Position numbers and translations under genes: made by a program. The notes under the pieces are model-generated. The model saw only the letters and a program-made list of their open reading frames with translations, made no database searches and was not told where the DNA came from. Shown here piece by piece: positions 24,705 to 36,114 of a stretch of DNA of 64,000 nt. Within the stretch, counting starts at the first letter, position 1. Each line of letters begins with the position of its first letter. Origin of the DNA: Setoptus koraiensis (taxonomy: Eukaryota > Animalia > Arthropoda); assembly GCA_048013815.1 (NCBI GenBank), contig CM106586.1, forward strand, positions 5,642,001 to 5,706,000, given 5' to 3'.

Positions 24705-24767
24705 GTGATGTAATCGCGCCCGTAACCGTGATGTAACCGCGTAACTGTGATGTAACTGTGATGTAAC
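24705..24767 (+). promoter_or_regulatory. Cluster of four PAR-bZIP (D-box/VP-box) consensus sites
   Basis: GTGATGTAAT 24705; GTGATGTAAC at 24728, 24747 and 24758; all fit RTKAYGTAAY. Confidence 0.45.
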
Positions 24768-25030
24768 TGCACAAATGGCTCAAGCGGCCCCATGCCCACA
24801 CAGCACCTGACCGGCTCACACAACAAACGTTTGCTGTGCGACAAAACCAGCGAGCGCACCAAACAACAAATAGCAACTCGCGGTAAATATAGACCGGCGA
24901 CTGCTTCCTGTTTGGCGTCCGCTGTGGCCCAGTTTGGGCGCCCGCCGGCGCCGCTGCCGCCGTTTAAAGCCACCGCTGTAGTCATGGGCGCCGTAGTTAT
25001 GGCCCCCGTCGGCGGATAATCGGCTGCCAT

Positions 25031-25145
25031 TTAGGCCACTTAGGCCGTTCAGACATTAGGCCATTCGGGCGTTAGGCCATTCAGGCATCAGGCCATTCGG
25101 GCGTTAGGCCAGTTAGGCCAGTTAGGCCGGTTAGGCCGGTTAGGC
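25031..25145 (+). repeat. TTAGGC-core minisatellite (9 cores; the last five at 9-bp period)
   Basis: Direct count. Confidence 0.85.
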
Positions 25146-25214
25146 ATTGCGGTGCCCGACATACGCGGATGCAGCGCGGATCCATCGCAACATGCTGCCG
25201 CTGCAATGCGCCCC

Positions 25215-25306
25215 ATTGACCAATCCATTGACAGTATTGCCGATTGACCGATCCATTGACAGTATTGCCGATTGACCGATCCATTGACAGTATTGCCGAT
25301 TGACCG
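25215..25306 (+). repeat. 28-bp tandem repeat x3.3
   Basis: Unit attgaccgatccattgacagtattgccg; copies identical except one base. Confidence 0.95.
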
Positions 25307-25898
25307 GCCCGTTGGCGGCAGCGCCGGCGCCGATCGCTCATCAAATTTCATCGTGACAACATATTCAAATAATTAATCTCGGCCCCTGCTCTGCAACCAC
25401 AACTGCACACGGCTTAACAGCACACAACACTTGACAGCGGCGCGCAACTACCTGGCGCGCGTGCATCATCACCGCCATTATCCATTGCGCTTTTGGCCAG
25501 CGAACCAATTGCACACCTACACTTAGCACTTCCGGTGTAACGTTATAATGTGTTGGTTACAACGATCTCTCCAGTATCAATTTTCATTAATCTCTCCCTT
25601 ATTTTACTCTAATCTCTTTCTCTTTCTCTCATCATCATCTGCATGACACACACACACACACATACACCTACACACACACACACACACACAATGTAAAATG
25701 GCCATTGTTTCGGCCCGTTGCATCACCTAACAACAACAACAGCAGCAGCAGCAGAAGCAGCAGCCAAGTTACAACATCCGTTGAATCAGCTCACACATAC
25801 CAGCAAGAAACCGGAAATAACCGGCAGCTCAGCAGCACCAATCAGGCACAATATTCACAACACCAATCAGCAGCAGCGCAACATCCGGACAGAGCAGC

Positions 25899-27526
25899 AT
25901 GGAATTCAAGTCAGCCAACAAGCTAACAATCGTCATCGTGCAATATCTGTCGCTACTGGCCATATTGGCGCTGGTGGTGCTCACCGAATCATCGCCCGTG
26001 TACGGCCAACGTGAGTATTCTTCCGGCAGCTACCTGCCGAAGCCGGCAAACTAACGAGCCCGGCCAAACGAACGAGCGAATCCGCGAAAGAACGGAGTCA
26101 ATGAACTCGGCTCCAATTCGAAATCACACGAAATCGAATTGGAAGCGAGCGAATTAGCATTAGTTGTTGCATCATCACTTTTATTCTTCTCTCGTTGCTC
26201 ATTTCTAATCCTTTGCTCTCTCCCGCTCTCCCGCCCGCTCTCCCGCTCGCTCGCTCTCTCTCTCGCTCTCTGCCGCCGCATCCCGCGATTAATTGATGAC
26301 GGCCACTTGACCCGGCGCGGCCGAACTTGACCGCCGCACACTCGACGTTGCCGCGACAAACAAATCGGATTTCGTTGCCTGGGCAACGCCCGCCCCTACT
26401 TAAAATTAAACTGGTCGCGTCACATGCCGCAACAATGTTTGCCTGATTATCCTGTGCGCTGCCGAATCCATTCAATCAAACTGCATCGGCACTGATTGGA
26501 CTGCCGGACGACGAAAAATCGCAACGGAAAATCGCTCTGAAAATCGCTGTGGAAATCGCTGTGGAAATCGCTGTGAAAATCGCCGCGAAAATCGCATTCG
26601 AACGTCGCCGTGAAAATCGTGTCGGGAAAAAGTCAATGCACGCGACGGCAAGGACAGCAACGCCGGCCAACAATCGGCCAGCAAATACCAAAAGATTGTC
26701 GTGGCGCCCAATAGGTTGTTGCCGTTCAGACGGCTGCCCCTGACTAATCGCTACGATTATGCCCTCACCTCGATGGATCAGATGGCCGGCCTGCCCTCAT
26801 ATCTGCCCATGGCGTACATAATGGACCGAGGTAATTATAATAAACATAATCGCTCTTTGTTTGCCAGTGTTGCGCTCGCTCAATGATGCTCGAACGCAAT
26901 CGCTGTTCGCATCACTCTCAACTTGGCCTTGCTGCTCGTTCACTCACCCCGTGACTCTGCTCTCTTCAAAATATTATTATTATGTAACAACACCGATCAA
27001 TCACACACACACACACACACACACGACAACAGACATGAAAAACATGAACAGGTACTACTTGCAAGACACTCCAATGGCGTCGAGCGCAGCGCAATCGGGC
27101 GTCGATCAGACAGAGTTTGTTAGAATTCCCAACGAACTCTCCGGCGATCTATTCAATTTGCAACAGGCAGCCAGATTTTATCCGCAATTTGCGGCCATCA
27201 AATCAAAGAATCAGCGTCTCATCAGTAGCAATGAAGCGCCATCGGCGTCTTCGGCGGCAGAAACAGCCTCGGACAACCAACAACAACAACAATCTGATAC
27301 AATCAGTGTGCAAACAAGATCTCTAGCCAGCGCAAGCGGCAACAGCAACATGATAACTAGTGGAGGCGCTGGCCTTGGCGGAGCGGCCTTCAGTTCGGTG
27401 CCCAGATCATTCATATCTGTGCTATATGGCAGGCCGGGCGCTAGCGGTTTGCCCGGACTGCCCGGCATTGGCGGTTACAATAAGAAAGCAGAGCCAAAAG
27501 ACAATTTTTTCATGCATTTCGGTTGA
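25899..27526 (+). CDS. FMRFamide-related neuropeptide precursor; predicted mature peptide AEPKDNFFMHF-amide; exons 25899-26010 and 27033-27526 (201 aa)
   Basis: Exon 1 encodes signal peptide MEFKSANKLTIVIVQYLSLLAILALVVLTESSPVYGQ with a phase-1 GTGAGT donor; a phase-1 acceptor at 27032 joins in frame; C-terminus is KK-AEPKDNFFMHF-G-stop (dibasic site plus amidation Gly). Confidence 0.75.
26513..26620 (+). repeat. 12-bp degenerate tandem repeat (gaaaatcgctgt) ~x8, intronic
   Basis: Direct observation. Confidence 0.9.
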
Positions 27527-27589
27527 TGGTTCTGTGTTCTTATCTAGAAAATATCACCAATTATCACCATCATTTGACCCTATAGTTCC

Positions 27590-27628
27590 CCTCGCTCTCT
27601 AACTTTTCTTCCTCCTCCTTTCTCACTC

Positions 27629-27664
<36 letters not shown>

Positions 27665-28130
27665 CCTCTCTCGCTCCCTTGCTGTCTCCTTCTTTCTCTC
27701 TGTCTCTCTGACTACCTCGCTCTATCTATCTTTGCCTACCTGTCTGTGGGTCTCAGTCACGCACTACCTCTCTCACTCACTCCATGAACCCCTCTAACAA
27801 TTACGAAGATGACAGCAAAAAGATAAGAATACAAAAGTGTTGTCATGTTCAATAATCAAATCACTATAGAGAAACAACAACAAACAATGATGCCGACTAA
27901 ACAAGAAGCTCCCTCTTGCAACACGTGTAACAATAAGTTTAACACAGCTCATATACACATGAAACAAGTGTGACAGTTAGGCTCCTGTCTCAGAGACAGA
28001 ACAAACGGAGAGCGAGCGAGCGAGGGAGAGAGAGCGGGAGAGAGAGAGGGAGAGAGAGAGAGAGAGAGCCAGAGAGATAGTCAGAGAGACGGGGAGAAAG
28101 AGGGAGAGACAGAGAGAGGGGCCCGACTAT
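27590..28130. repeat. CT-rich tract followed by complementary GA-rich tract
   Basis: (CT)n ~27620-27720 and (GA)n ~28010-28125; gtctctctgacta (27702-27714) is the reverse complement of tagtcagagagac (28078-28090). Confidence 0.75.
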
Positions 28131-29510
28131 CATTATTATCATCCAATCATCACCTGAAACTAATAAGAATAAGAATAGAAACAATGTCCTTACTGATGCC
28201 GTTAGTGAGTGGTAGTGAATAAATCAGAAGAGAAAGAAGAAGCAAAGAATCTTTTAAAAGCAGACTAACATAAATCAAATGATCAAATCAATTAAGCTAA
28301 TTATTGTTGTTGCCGCCGTTGCTGTTGCTTGGACACTTGCGCACTTTTACTAATGGAGAAATTCTTTGCCATGGCCAGACCAAACTATAACTGTAAATGT
28401 ATTCTCACAAGTATCGCACCAACTGTAAACTACATGTACATCGTTGCGTCTGCACGTGTACTTTTGCGCTTTAGGTACATGTAGGTGGGTATGTGAGTGT
28501 ACAAGAGTGTGTTCACCTATACAATGTTTTAATTACCTGGATTACACAACAAACAAACCAACTAACAGTCATAATTGACAAGGATACAATGGATGGGAAC
28601 GTCACAGGAGACCAATACGGCGTCTTGCAGTTACTTTTTGAGACCATAGGAATGTGCAGCTACATTAAAAAAAAATCTATTCATGTGAAACATACCAACT
28701 ATTCGTGTTATTCATAATTCGTATCTGGATAAAGAGGAAGAAAAATTCCCATAGTAAACAAACAAGCAAACAATCTCTCTCTATCTCGTTTGTGGCGTAA
28801 ACTAACTACAACTATATCAGCTATAAGCTGGTTACAGGAGCAACCGACACCAAATGTGAGACAGTCACATAACCAGTTACACTATTACGTAATCACTATT
28901 ACAATTATATATGCACGCACACACAACACCAAATTCACAGAGAATAAACAAAGAGAGTAGTATAAAAACAATAATAATCAGACAGTTAGGCCCAAGATGT
29001 TACACAGATGATCAAGTCCGTTCGCACGTATGAAACGAAGCCACAAATGAGCCGATTGAATGCATTCAGCAACAAAAGTTGAATAATAATTTTGATCGAC
29101 AATTAAAATTTCACTGGTGGAAATCTGACCAATAATAAAAACTATAAACACCCTCAATTTTTTCTCATATTCAGTCTATTTATTCGCATCGATTCTATGT
29201 CGTTTAGCATAAAATGAGTAACGTTTTGGATGTATCATCATTGGTGGGGCCAACAGGATCAGTCATTCACAGATTCGTTCATAGCCGAGCGAAAATTCTG
29301 AAAATTCGTGTGCGAGACACATTTGTTCCCGCCGAAATACGTGAGCTTCAGATCGATTGGGTCACTATGTTTCACAATCCTATCTACTGAATTTTTCTCT
29401 TATCTACCAAAAGAGGCCAGGTTCTCACATGATTTTTACCGATTTGTAACAACGATAACCATCGATTCTGTTGGCCCCTATCATCCGTGTAAGTAAACAA
29501 CAGTGAACAA

Positions 29511-32270
29511 TCAGTAGTGATTCTCCACCTGACAGCCCAAAATTTTTCGCGTTATATAACGGTAAATGGTTATAGCTGATATGCCTATCAAACTGGATAT
29601 TATGCCGCCCATATTACTCACTAGCTGCGCTAAATTAGTCGAGGGATAATAAATGTATTCGGTAAATTCGTACTCGTTGTATTTGATCGATATCAGTGCG
29701 CTACTATACTTTTTTACCAATTCCTTCTGGCGAGTGCCCTTGTTCATGGCGTAGGCCTGACAATTGGAATCGCCAACGTATAATGGTTGCATTAGCATCT
29801 ATTCGTCTACTGTCAATAATTAGCGCTGTGACGAGTGCTCAATTAGTGCAAAGCAATCAGTGGCTTACCTGTTCGGCCTTGGTGACCCATAGTGAGGTTT
29901 TTACCTTGATGTTGTATTTGTAAGATCTTGTTTGTGTTGTCATCGTTTTTCGGAATCGTATTTCATATATTAGAATACGAATTTCGAATGATGATTTGTT
30001 TGTTGTGGCAAAACGAAATTGATTATCTGATAATACTTACACGCAAGAGAACGGACACTTTGTTCTGCACATGTCGCTAAATTGTTTATAACATTCAAAA
30101 TAGAGCTTAGCTGCTCAATCGAATTCGGAGATAAAATGTGGGGCGAGTCAATCAATCAATTTTGCGCGGGGTTATTACAAACAATCATCATTAAAACATA
30201 CTCAATGAATAGTACCTGTGGTGTTAGTGGCAATGCTAGCATCTTCGTATCCCCAAGGACACATGACTAGCGATAGATTTTTGTCGAAAGTGGTGTCATC
30301 AAGTAAATAAGGCACCTCAACGGGCCAACAGTTACAAGATTTTATGGTGTTCCTGACGATGCAATTTCGCAAGCAACTCTACAAATAACACGAATAAAGA
30401 GAGCTAAATTATTGTTTCTGCCATAAAGTGTTGAAACGACGACAAGACTGATCTCAGCATAATCTATAGCCTCTAGGCATAGCAGATAACTCACGGTTCT
30501 GTCTAGGTCCACGTTGGGCAATTGTCCCGCTTTTGCCTCGAAAACGCCAATCTGCTTGGTGTAATAATCACGACAATTCGTCTCGTAAGGCGGTGGAAGC
30601 CGCTTGATTACCGACTTTGACAGATAAAATTCATATTTAAAGCCCGGCAAAATATTGTAAGCTGTATCTCTAACGCTGCCTAGTTGACAGCCCGAATGAA
30701 TCACCAATTGTCCACCCACATCTCTTTTGAGATCAGTGTACTCATACGGGTCAAAGTCGACCTCGATTCGGGCTACCTCTAGCACGCTGTAAGAATCGAG
30801 TCGTTTTTTCTGTCTGACTTTATTCACCTCGAAATCATAAACTTTGATTATCGCATATCGAAAATAAATAACATTAAAAAAACTTGTTAGCAACTTGTTA
30901 TTGTTTGTCGCGATTTGTTTCATTTGGCACCGTTTCTGATACCCACTCGAATTGGTCTTGACGGCCTCCGCCGTGGCTCCACTGTGGAACAAAGTGAAAC
31001 AGGTTGTTGATTGATATGTCCGATAAATTGGAATGGCGGCACAATTGAAATCCCGTCCAAGAACAAAATAACAGGCAATACTGGTGATGAAATTGGAGTG
31101 ATTAGACATCTTCATGACTGATGGATAAAAGAGTTGAAATTGTCGTTGTTAGATCCTGTTGATGCTGTGATGGAGGCTGCATTCGTAATGAGAAATTGTG
31201 ATATGTGAAGAAGAATGTAATGGATACGAATGAACTTACTGTTATTTATTGGAGATTTATACAATAGTGTGTTCATATCGAGCGTACTATTGAGAATGTG
31301 TTTGATCTCCTGGCGATTAAAAGTATCGAAGGTTACTAATCAGTGGATTATGATTGGTGTTTCAGATTTCAAATACACGAGCAATGGCGTGAGCGTTGGT
31401 GCCTCATAGTACATGTGACTGGGCCCATCTCCAATTACTAATTCGTGGCAGATGTCAGAGAATAGACGACATAATTCTCTGGGGATTAGAGTTTGGGAAA
31501 GGACTTACAATGAGCAATTGATCATGAGTTAATGATGTTTTTGCTCTCAGATCCATCATTCTCGCACTGAGATTTGGATATTTGTTAGTGATGTCATCCA
31601 TGAGGATCCTATAAGTGGCAGTTACAAGTATAATGAGTATTTTTACCGCGATATAATGCAAGTTATCTCACCAGATCCTCATCGATCATTGCATCTCACC
31701 TATTGTTGTTGCAAATGGTTAATCCAGGCAACAATTCAACTATAGAACTCGGGGGTCTACTAATTGCTATTACACGAGTATTATATTTCAGAAAATCTTT
31801 TAGAGTGGTTGAACATTGTTGGAAACAGATTATGCTAACTGTTAGCACAAATAGTACATTGACGGCATTTTTCAGATTCAAAATCTCAACTATTCTATCA
31901 TTCAATCCCTTCAAAAAGCCTCTGAAACTTTTAGTTTCGCGATTGGCGGCTGATGAACTTAAGTTGTAGGGCAATTCTTCTATATGTGAAGCATCTAAAT
32001 TGGTGAAATCTCGCGTCGCACGACGATCAGCTAAATTCTTGATAGTGGCAATACTTTTCCTATGATCACTGTATGAGCTATTATTGAAAAGTACCCCATT
32101 ATTTGTACTATTGTTACTAATGGCTGCTTGCCCAAAAGATTTTATTCTATTGTTTGCAGCCACAATATTAATCAATCTCTGGGGCATTTCGGTTGATTGG
32201 TTCGTTAGTCGGAATGTTTGTTGTTGCTCAAATTCAGGTGAACTGACTGAATTTTTCAATTCATCAGTCT
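29511..32270 (-). CDS. Divergent pickpocket / DEG-ENaC family channel, multi-exon (start not resolved)
   Basis: TM1 followed by DFLKYNT...LPGLTICNNN|R (donor at ~31699); CFTLF; LPPPYETNCRDY; pre-TM2 YYPSTNLAQLVSNMGGIISSLIGISAITI with GxS filter. Confidence 0.85.
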
Positions 32271-32716
32271 GAAATACACATGCAAAATCTCGCTATAACC
32301 ATTACTGAAGACTCTATGTTGGGAGCTGGGGTCTGTAGCAATCCTCTAGATTTAAAATTTTTGACAAGAATTGTACAATTTCAAACTTTTAAAATTACAT
32401 GGTAGCAATTGTCTCATTTCATCTATCACAAATGCGCCAAGAGGTCTGAAAAGAATTGAAGGATTACGCAATTTAAGCTCTAACCTTCGCGAGCTCCGAC
32501 GTCAAATTTCGATGTAAACATCTCGATGCTCTTAACAATGAACTCTTCGAAAAAATTCCTCAAATGTGAGAATATTTATTGATTTTCAGAACAGTTTAAT
32601 CGCAGGTTTTTGGTCTCGCTTCACTGACTATGTTTGACTATTGTATCAGCATCAGTAGTGGCATTGTAGAAAATAAATAGTGAATATGCCTGAGAGCCAA
32701 TTTCCAACAACTAAGA

Positions 32717-34016
32717 TTATGGGAGGGTCCTATTCTGAGACGGATCATCATAGCGCCGGTACGTCACTTGACTCTTGTTAGCTCTACCGGGCAAGCCGTA
32801 ATTATCCTTAGTTCTTGTATTGGGCGATACTATAGGGTCAAAGTCACCTGTTTCGTCGAAACTCGAGGGCCTTTTGGGATTTTTGCGAACTGCAAGTTCA
32901 CGCAAGAGATAATGAGCCAATCTTATGATGATATAGTGCATCCCAAATTGTAGAAAAATAGCTCCAAATCCTTTATATAGACCAAATATTCCGTCCTTCT
33001 TCACTATGGACTGATAACAATCGACAAAACCATCGTAATTAGTTATCACAGGCAAAACAACAGTGGTCTCATCGCAATTATCAATTATGACTCGGCTTCC
33101 TTGCATATATAAACTGTGAGAAATTGATGATGAAAAGAAAAACATAAGTAGAACGGCTACATTAATCTCATGCCCTTGACCATGGCAAACAGAGGAGAAT
33201 GCGCTGAGAGTTGATGCATAGTGGGCACGAAGCTTACCAATGCATTATTGTTTCGATAGGAAATAAAGCTACATCTGCTATAAGTGTGGCAGTGAAAGCA
33301 GTGGTAATCTCACGATAATCCGAGTCGAGCTCGGCTGTATCCAAAATTCTGGTCACATCAATCGTTTCATCATCAAGCACTGAGCTGTCGTCGACATATG
33401 TAGACCTTTCTATAGATTCATTTGGATATGATGAATTGATCCATTTTCTGGCTAACGTTATAGATCCTCTCACTAGAGCAGCCACAATGGCGTGGGACAC
33501 GTGATATAATATTGTGGGTCCTATTAGTATCCATATTGGTAGAAGTCTAGTCGAGGGCATATACCTAAGATGTAATAATCTCAAGAAGCCCTCTCTTAGA
33601 CATTCGACGAATGCCGGTCGATCTTTGACAACTATGGCACTCTGAACTGTCTCAATGGCTGAGGAACATAGAAATGGTGCGTTGAGCGTGACAGTAAGCG
33701 CCTTCAATGCAACATACTTGATTGAGTTGTCTAAGAAATGTCTCTTGGAGAATTCCTTTGGCCATTCGGTATAGTTTGATATGGCTGATTCCGTGCCTGA
33801 TAGCAGCGCCTTCACCAAAAGCTCACTACTAAGTCCCTTGAATTGAGGGCCGAATCCTTGTTTCTTCTGTTGATGGTAAATGAATGGAATCAATGTAAAT
33901 GGCTGAATAGAAACAAGCGACGAGCATTCCCTGTTCACTTGACATGTCCTCCTTAATGAAATGAACGGGTGAGTGAGAACATTCTGTGTTAATATATCAA
34001 ATAATAATAACTTCAT
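32717..34016 (-). CDS. SLC25A46: Mitochondrial outer membrane carrier SLC25A46 (at least 2 exons; start uncertain)
   Basis: NVLTHPFISLRRTCQVN; LLPIWILIGPTILY; LFPIETIMH|..LYMQGSRVIIDN...YDGFVDC...DGIFGLYKGFGAIFLQ. Confidence 0.92.
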
Positions 34017-34531
34017 GGTAAGTTTTTTCTCTTGCTCAATCTCAATACCTCAAGGTGCTGAGGCAAGGAGATCGAACACGAATACAGTTAATTTAAATAA
34101 TGAGTGTGAATTGTCACTTGTGACAACAGGCATTGAATGGACCTATTGATGAAGCCAAGTTGGTTGGGATAACAATACAAATTTCGCAGTGATTATATTA
34201 ATAATTCATTTATAGTGATGTAACTCGTTGATTGGCCGGCAATGTTTTTCAAACTTACCTCGGGGCGGAAAATTTAAATCTTTTTTTCAATCGGCGCGCG
34301 CTCAAATTGGCCTGTCATGGGGCCCCATTGTAACGAGAATCAAACGGGTGTCTATTTTCGTTTCACGTGACATTGTTGTCATAGTTAAATCTTGAGAAAA
34401 GTCAAATGCATCCATTCAATATTTATAAATGATTATTACAGCTATTGTAATCCATAGAAATTGAGTAGACTAAGAAATATGTTGGTTTTGTATAACGGAG
34501 CTTTATTCACAAAAATACAACTCTCCTACAA

Positions 34532-35920
34532 TCATCTCCGACCTTTCGAATCGATATAAAATTCCAGACAACCCTCCTGTTGGTAGACCTTAACTTTTTT
34601 ATCTGGTCTGGCTTGGTCAAGCGAATCTGAGGATGAAGAGTTTCTGTCATCATTCGTTGTGACATTTAAAGAGTCGGTGGCCGTTGAAGAGCCCACAACA
34701 AAATCGCTTATCGGGTCTTTCAAAGAGAGCCTAGAACAAAAACTTTCCGTCTGTGGATTTTGGAAGTTTTGAGATCGTGATTCGTCAATACTAGGCTCTG
34801 GCCTGTCATAGACTACAGGTTCGCTCATTGTAAAGTTATAGGGAATTCTAAGGAAGCTTCTAGAATTGTTGTCTTGATCGGCATCGTCCTGAGATTTTTC
34901 ATCGCATATTTGTTTCATCAACTCGTGCACCTCCTCTATGTCTTGTTCAGTTGGCCTGTTCTGACTATTACTGTAATGGGGGCACTTTATATTTGGAATT
35001 CTCATGGTAGAAGTAAGATAGTTGGTCTTCCTGAGAACAGCCAACCATTCGGCGTCATAGTACAGATTATCGTCATTTTGATCGAAATCCCTAGTCGCCT
35101 CTATATCAATCACCTCCATAAACTTGCTTCTGGGTTTAATTTTGTCCAAACTAAGGAACTCAGTCACCAGTTCTGGCTTGTTGGCATCATGTTGCACTCT
35201 TGCCTCGAATTTACAATGCAGATGAGCGGCGAACCAGCGAATGGGTTTAAGGTGTCCTATAAGTGTTTTCGTCATGGGATTGCCCAGTCTGTTTTGATTG
35301 ATTTCATCCGTGAAATGGGGCTTGAAGCGACACAATTGCTTGTAGTTTCCATAATTGTAGATACCCTCGGGCCAATCGTGCGACAAGAATATGTCCATGC
35401 GATCAGATGATTGGTCTTCGTACGGTGCCAGCTGATGCAATCTATATATATCAGAGTATCGCGTATGATAGGCAGATCTCATTGTGCTCTGGTCATAGGG
35501 CAGCCTCTCGAAACGGCCCAAATCCTTGCTGTGATAGTTGTAAATGCCTGATATACCGCCAATCCTCAAACCCTTGTATCGTATTACATTGGCGTGGCCC
35601 ATATAGTAGAAATTCTCGCAGACCCAACCACCATAGGGCAGTGTAGACAGATAATTGGAGGCCTCATGATTACCACCGACAAATATTGTGAGCTTGGGTA
35701 TTTTTTGTTTGCCTGAGTAGTAGTTATGGAAGTCGCCTAATTGATAGAATTTAGGTGGTATGCTGACGCATTTGAGGTCGTGTTGGTGCCTGACAGTCTG
35801 ACAATCGCCACTAACAATAACTAGTTCCACCCTTGTTCCGCTGGACTGCTCGTATCTCTCGACGTTACCGTACATTTCGTTGAGCATGCCATGGAGACAT
35901 CCAAACACCGCAATCTTCAT
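34532..35920 (-). CDS. DBR1: Lariat debranching enzyme, intronless (462 aa from MKIAVFGC)
   Basis: GCLHG, GDCQTVR, GGNHEAS, LPYGGWV, GGISGIY, LSHDWP, WFAAHLH, FLSLDK motifs. Confidence 0.96.
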   Translation of the reverse strand: MKIAVFGCLHGMLNEMYGNVERYEQSSGTRVELVIVSGDCQTVRHQHDLKCVSIPPKFYQLGDFHNYYSGKQKIPKLTIFVGGNHEASNYLSTLPYGGWVCENFYYMGHANVIRYKGLRIGGISGIYNYHSKDLGRFERLPYDQSTMRSAYHTRYSDIYRLHQLAPYEDQSSDRMDIFLSHDWPEGIYNYGNYKQLCRFKPHFTDEINQNRLGNPMTKTLIGHLKPIRWFAAHLHCKFEARVQHDANKPELVTEFLSLDKIKPRSKFMEVIDIEATRDFDQNDDNLYYDAEWLAVLRKTNYLTSTMRIPNIKCPHYSNSQNRPTEQDIEEVHELMKQICDEKSQDDADQDNNSRSFLRIPYNFTMSEPVVYDRPEPSIDESRSQNFQNPQTESFCSRLSLKDPISDFVVGSSTATDSLNVTTNDDRNSSSSDSLDQARPDKKVKVYQQEGCLEFYIDSKGRR

Positions 35921-36114
35921 GGTGGACCACGGTGGAAATGAGTAGCTCAAATAGGATCAAAAAAATAAATAAATAGTTGGCACTAGTGAATAATGTTCAG
36001 TCTAGAATAGGTGCATATCGAACGAAGCGATACACTTGAACTAGCGAACCCCTTTTCATGTGGCGAAGAAATGTTTACATTTTTCGTGGCCACATTCGGT
36101 AGAAAGTTGTGGCG

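Noticed and set aside
22209-25030. Many overlapping 60-180 aa GC-rich ORFs on both strands
   Set aside because: Stop-poor GC-rich and repeat-laden intergenic sequence; no domain or coding bias evident
25215-25306. 28-bp repeats as a CRISPR array
   Set aside because: Head-to-tail tandem copies with no unique spacers, no cas genes, and a eukaryotic context
26063-26076. Minus-strand CTCGTTCGTTTGGC resembling miR-375
   Set aside because: The seed positions differ from UUUGUUCG and no convincing precursor hairpin was seen
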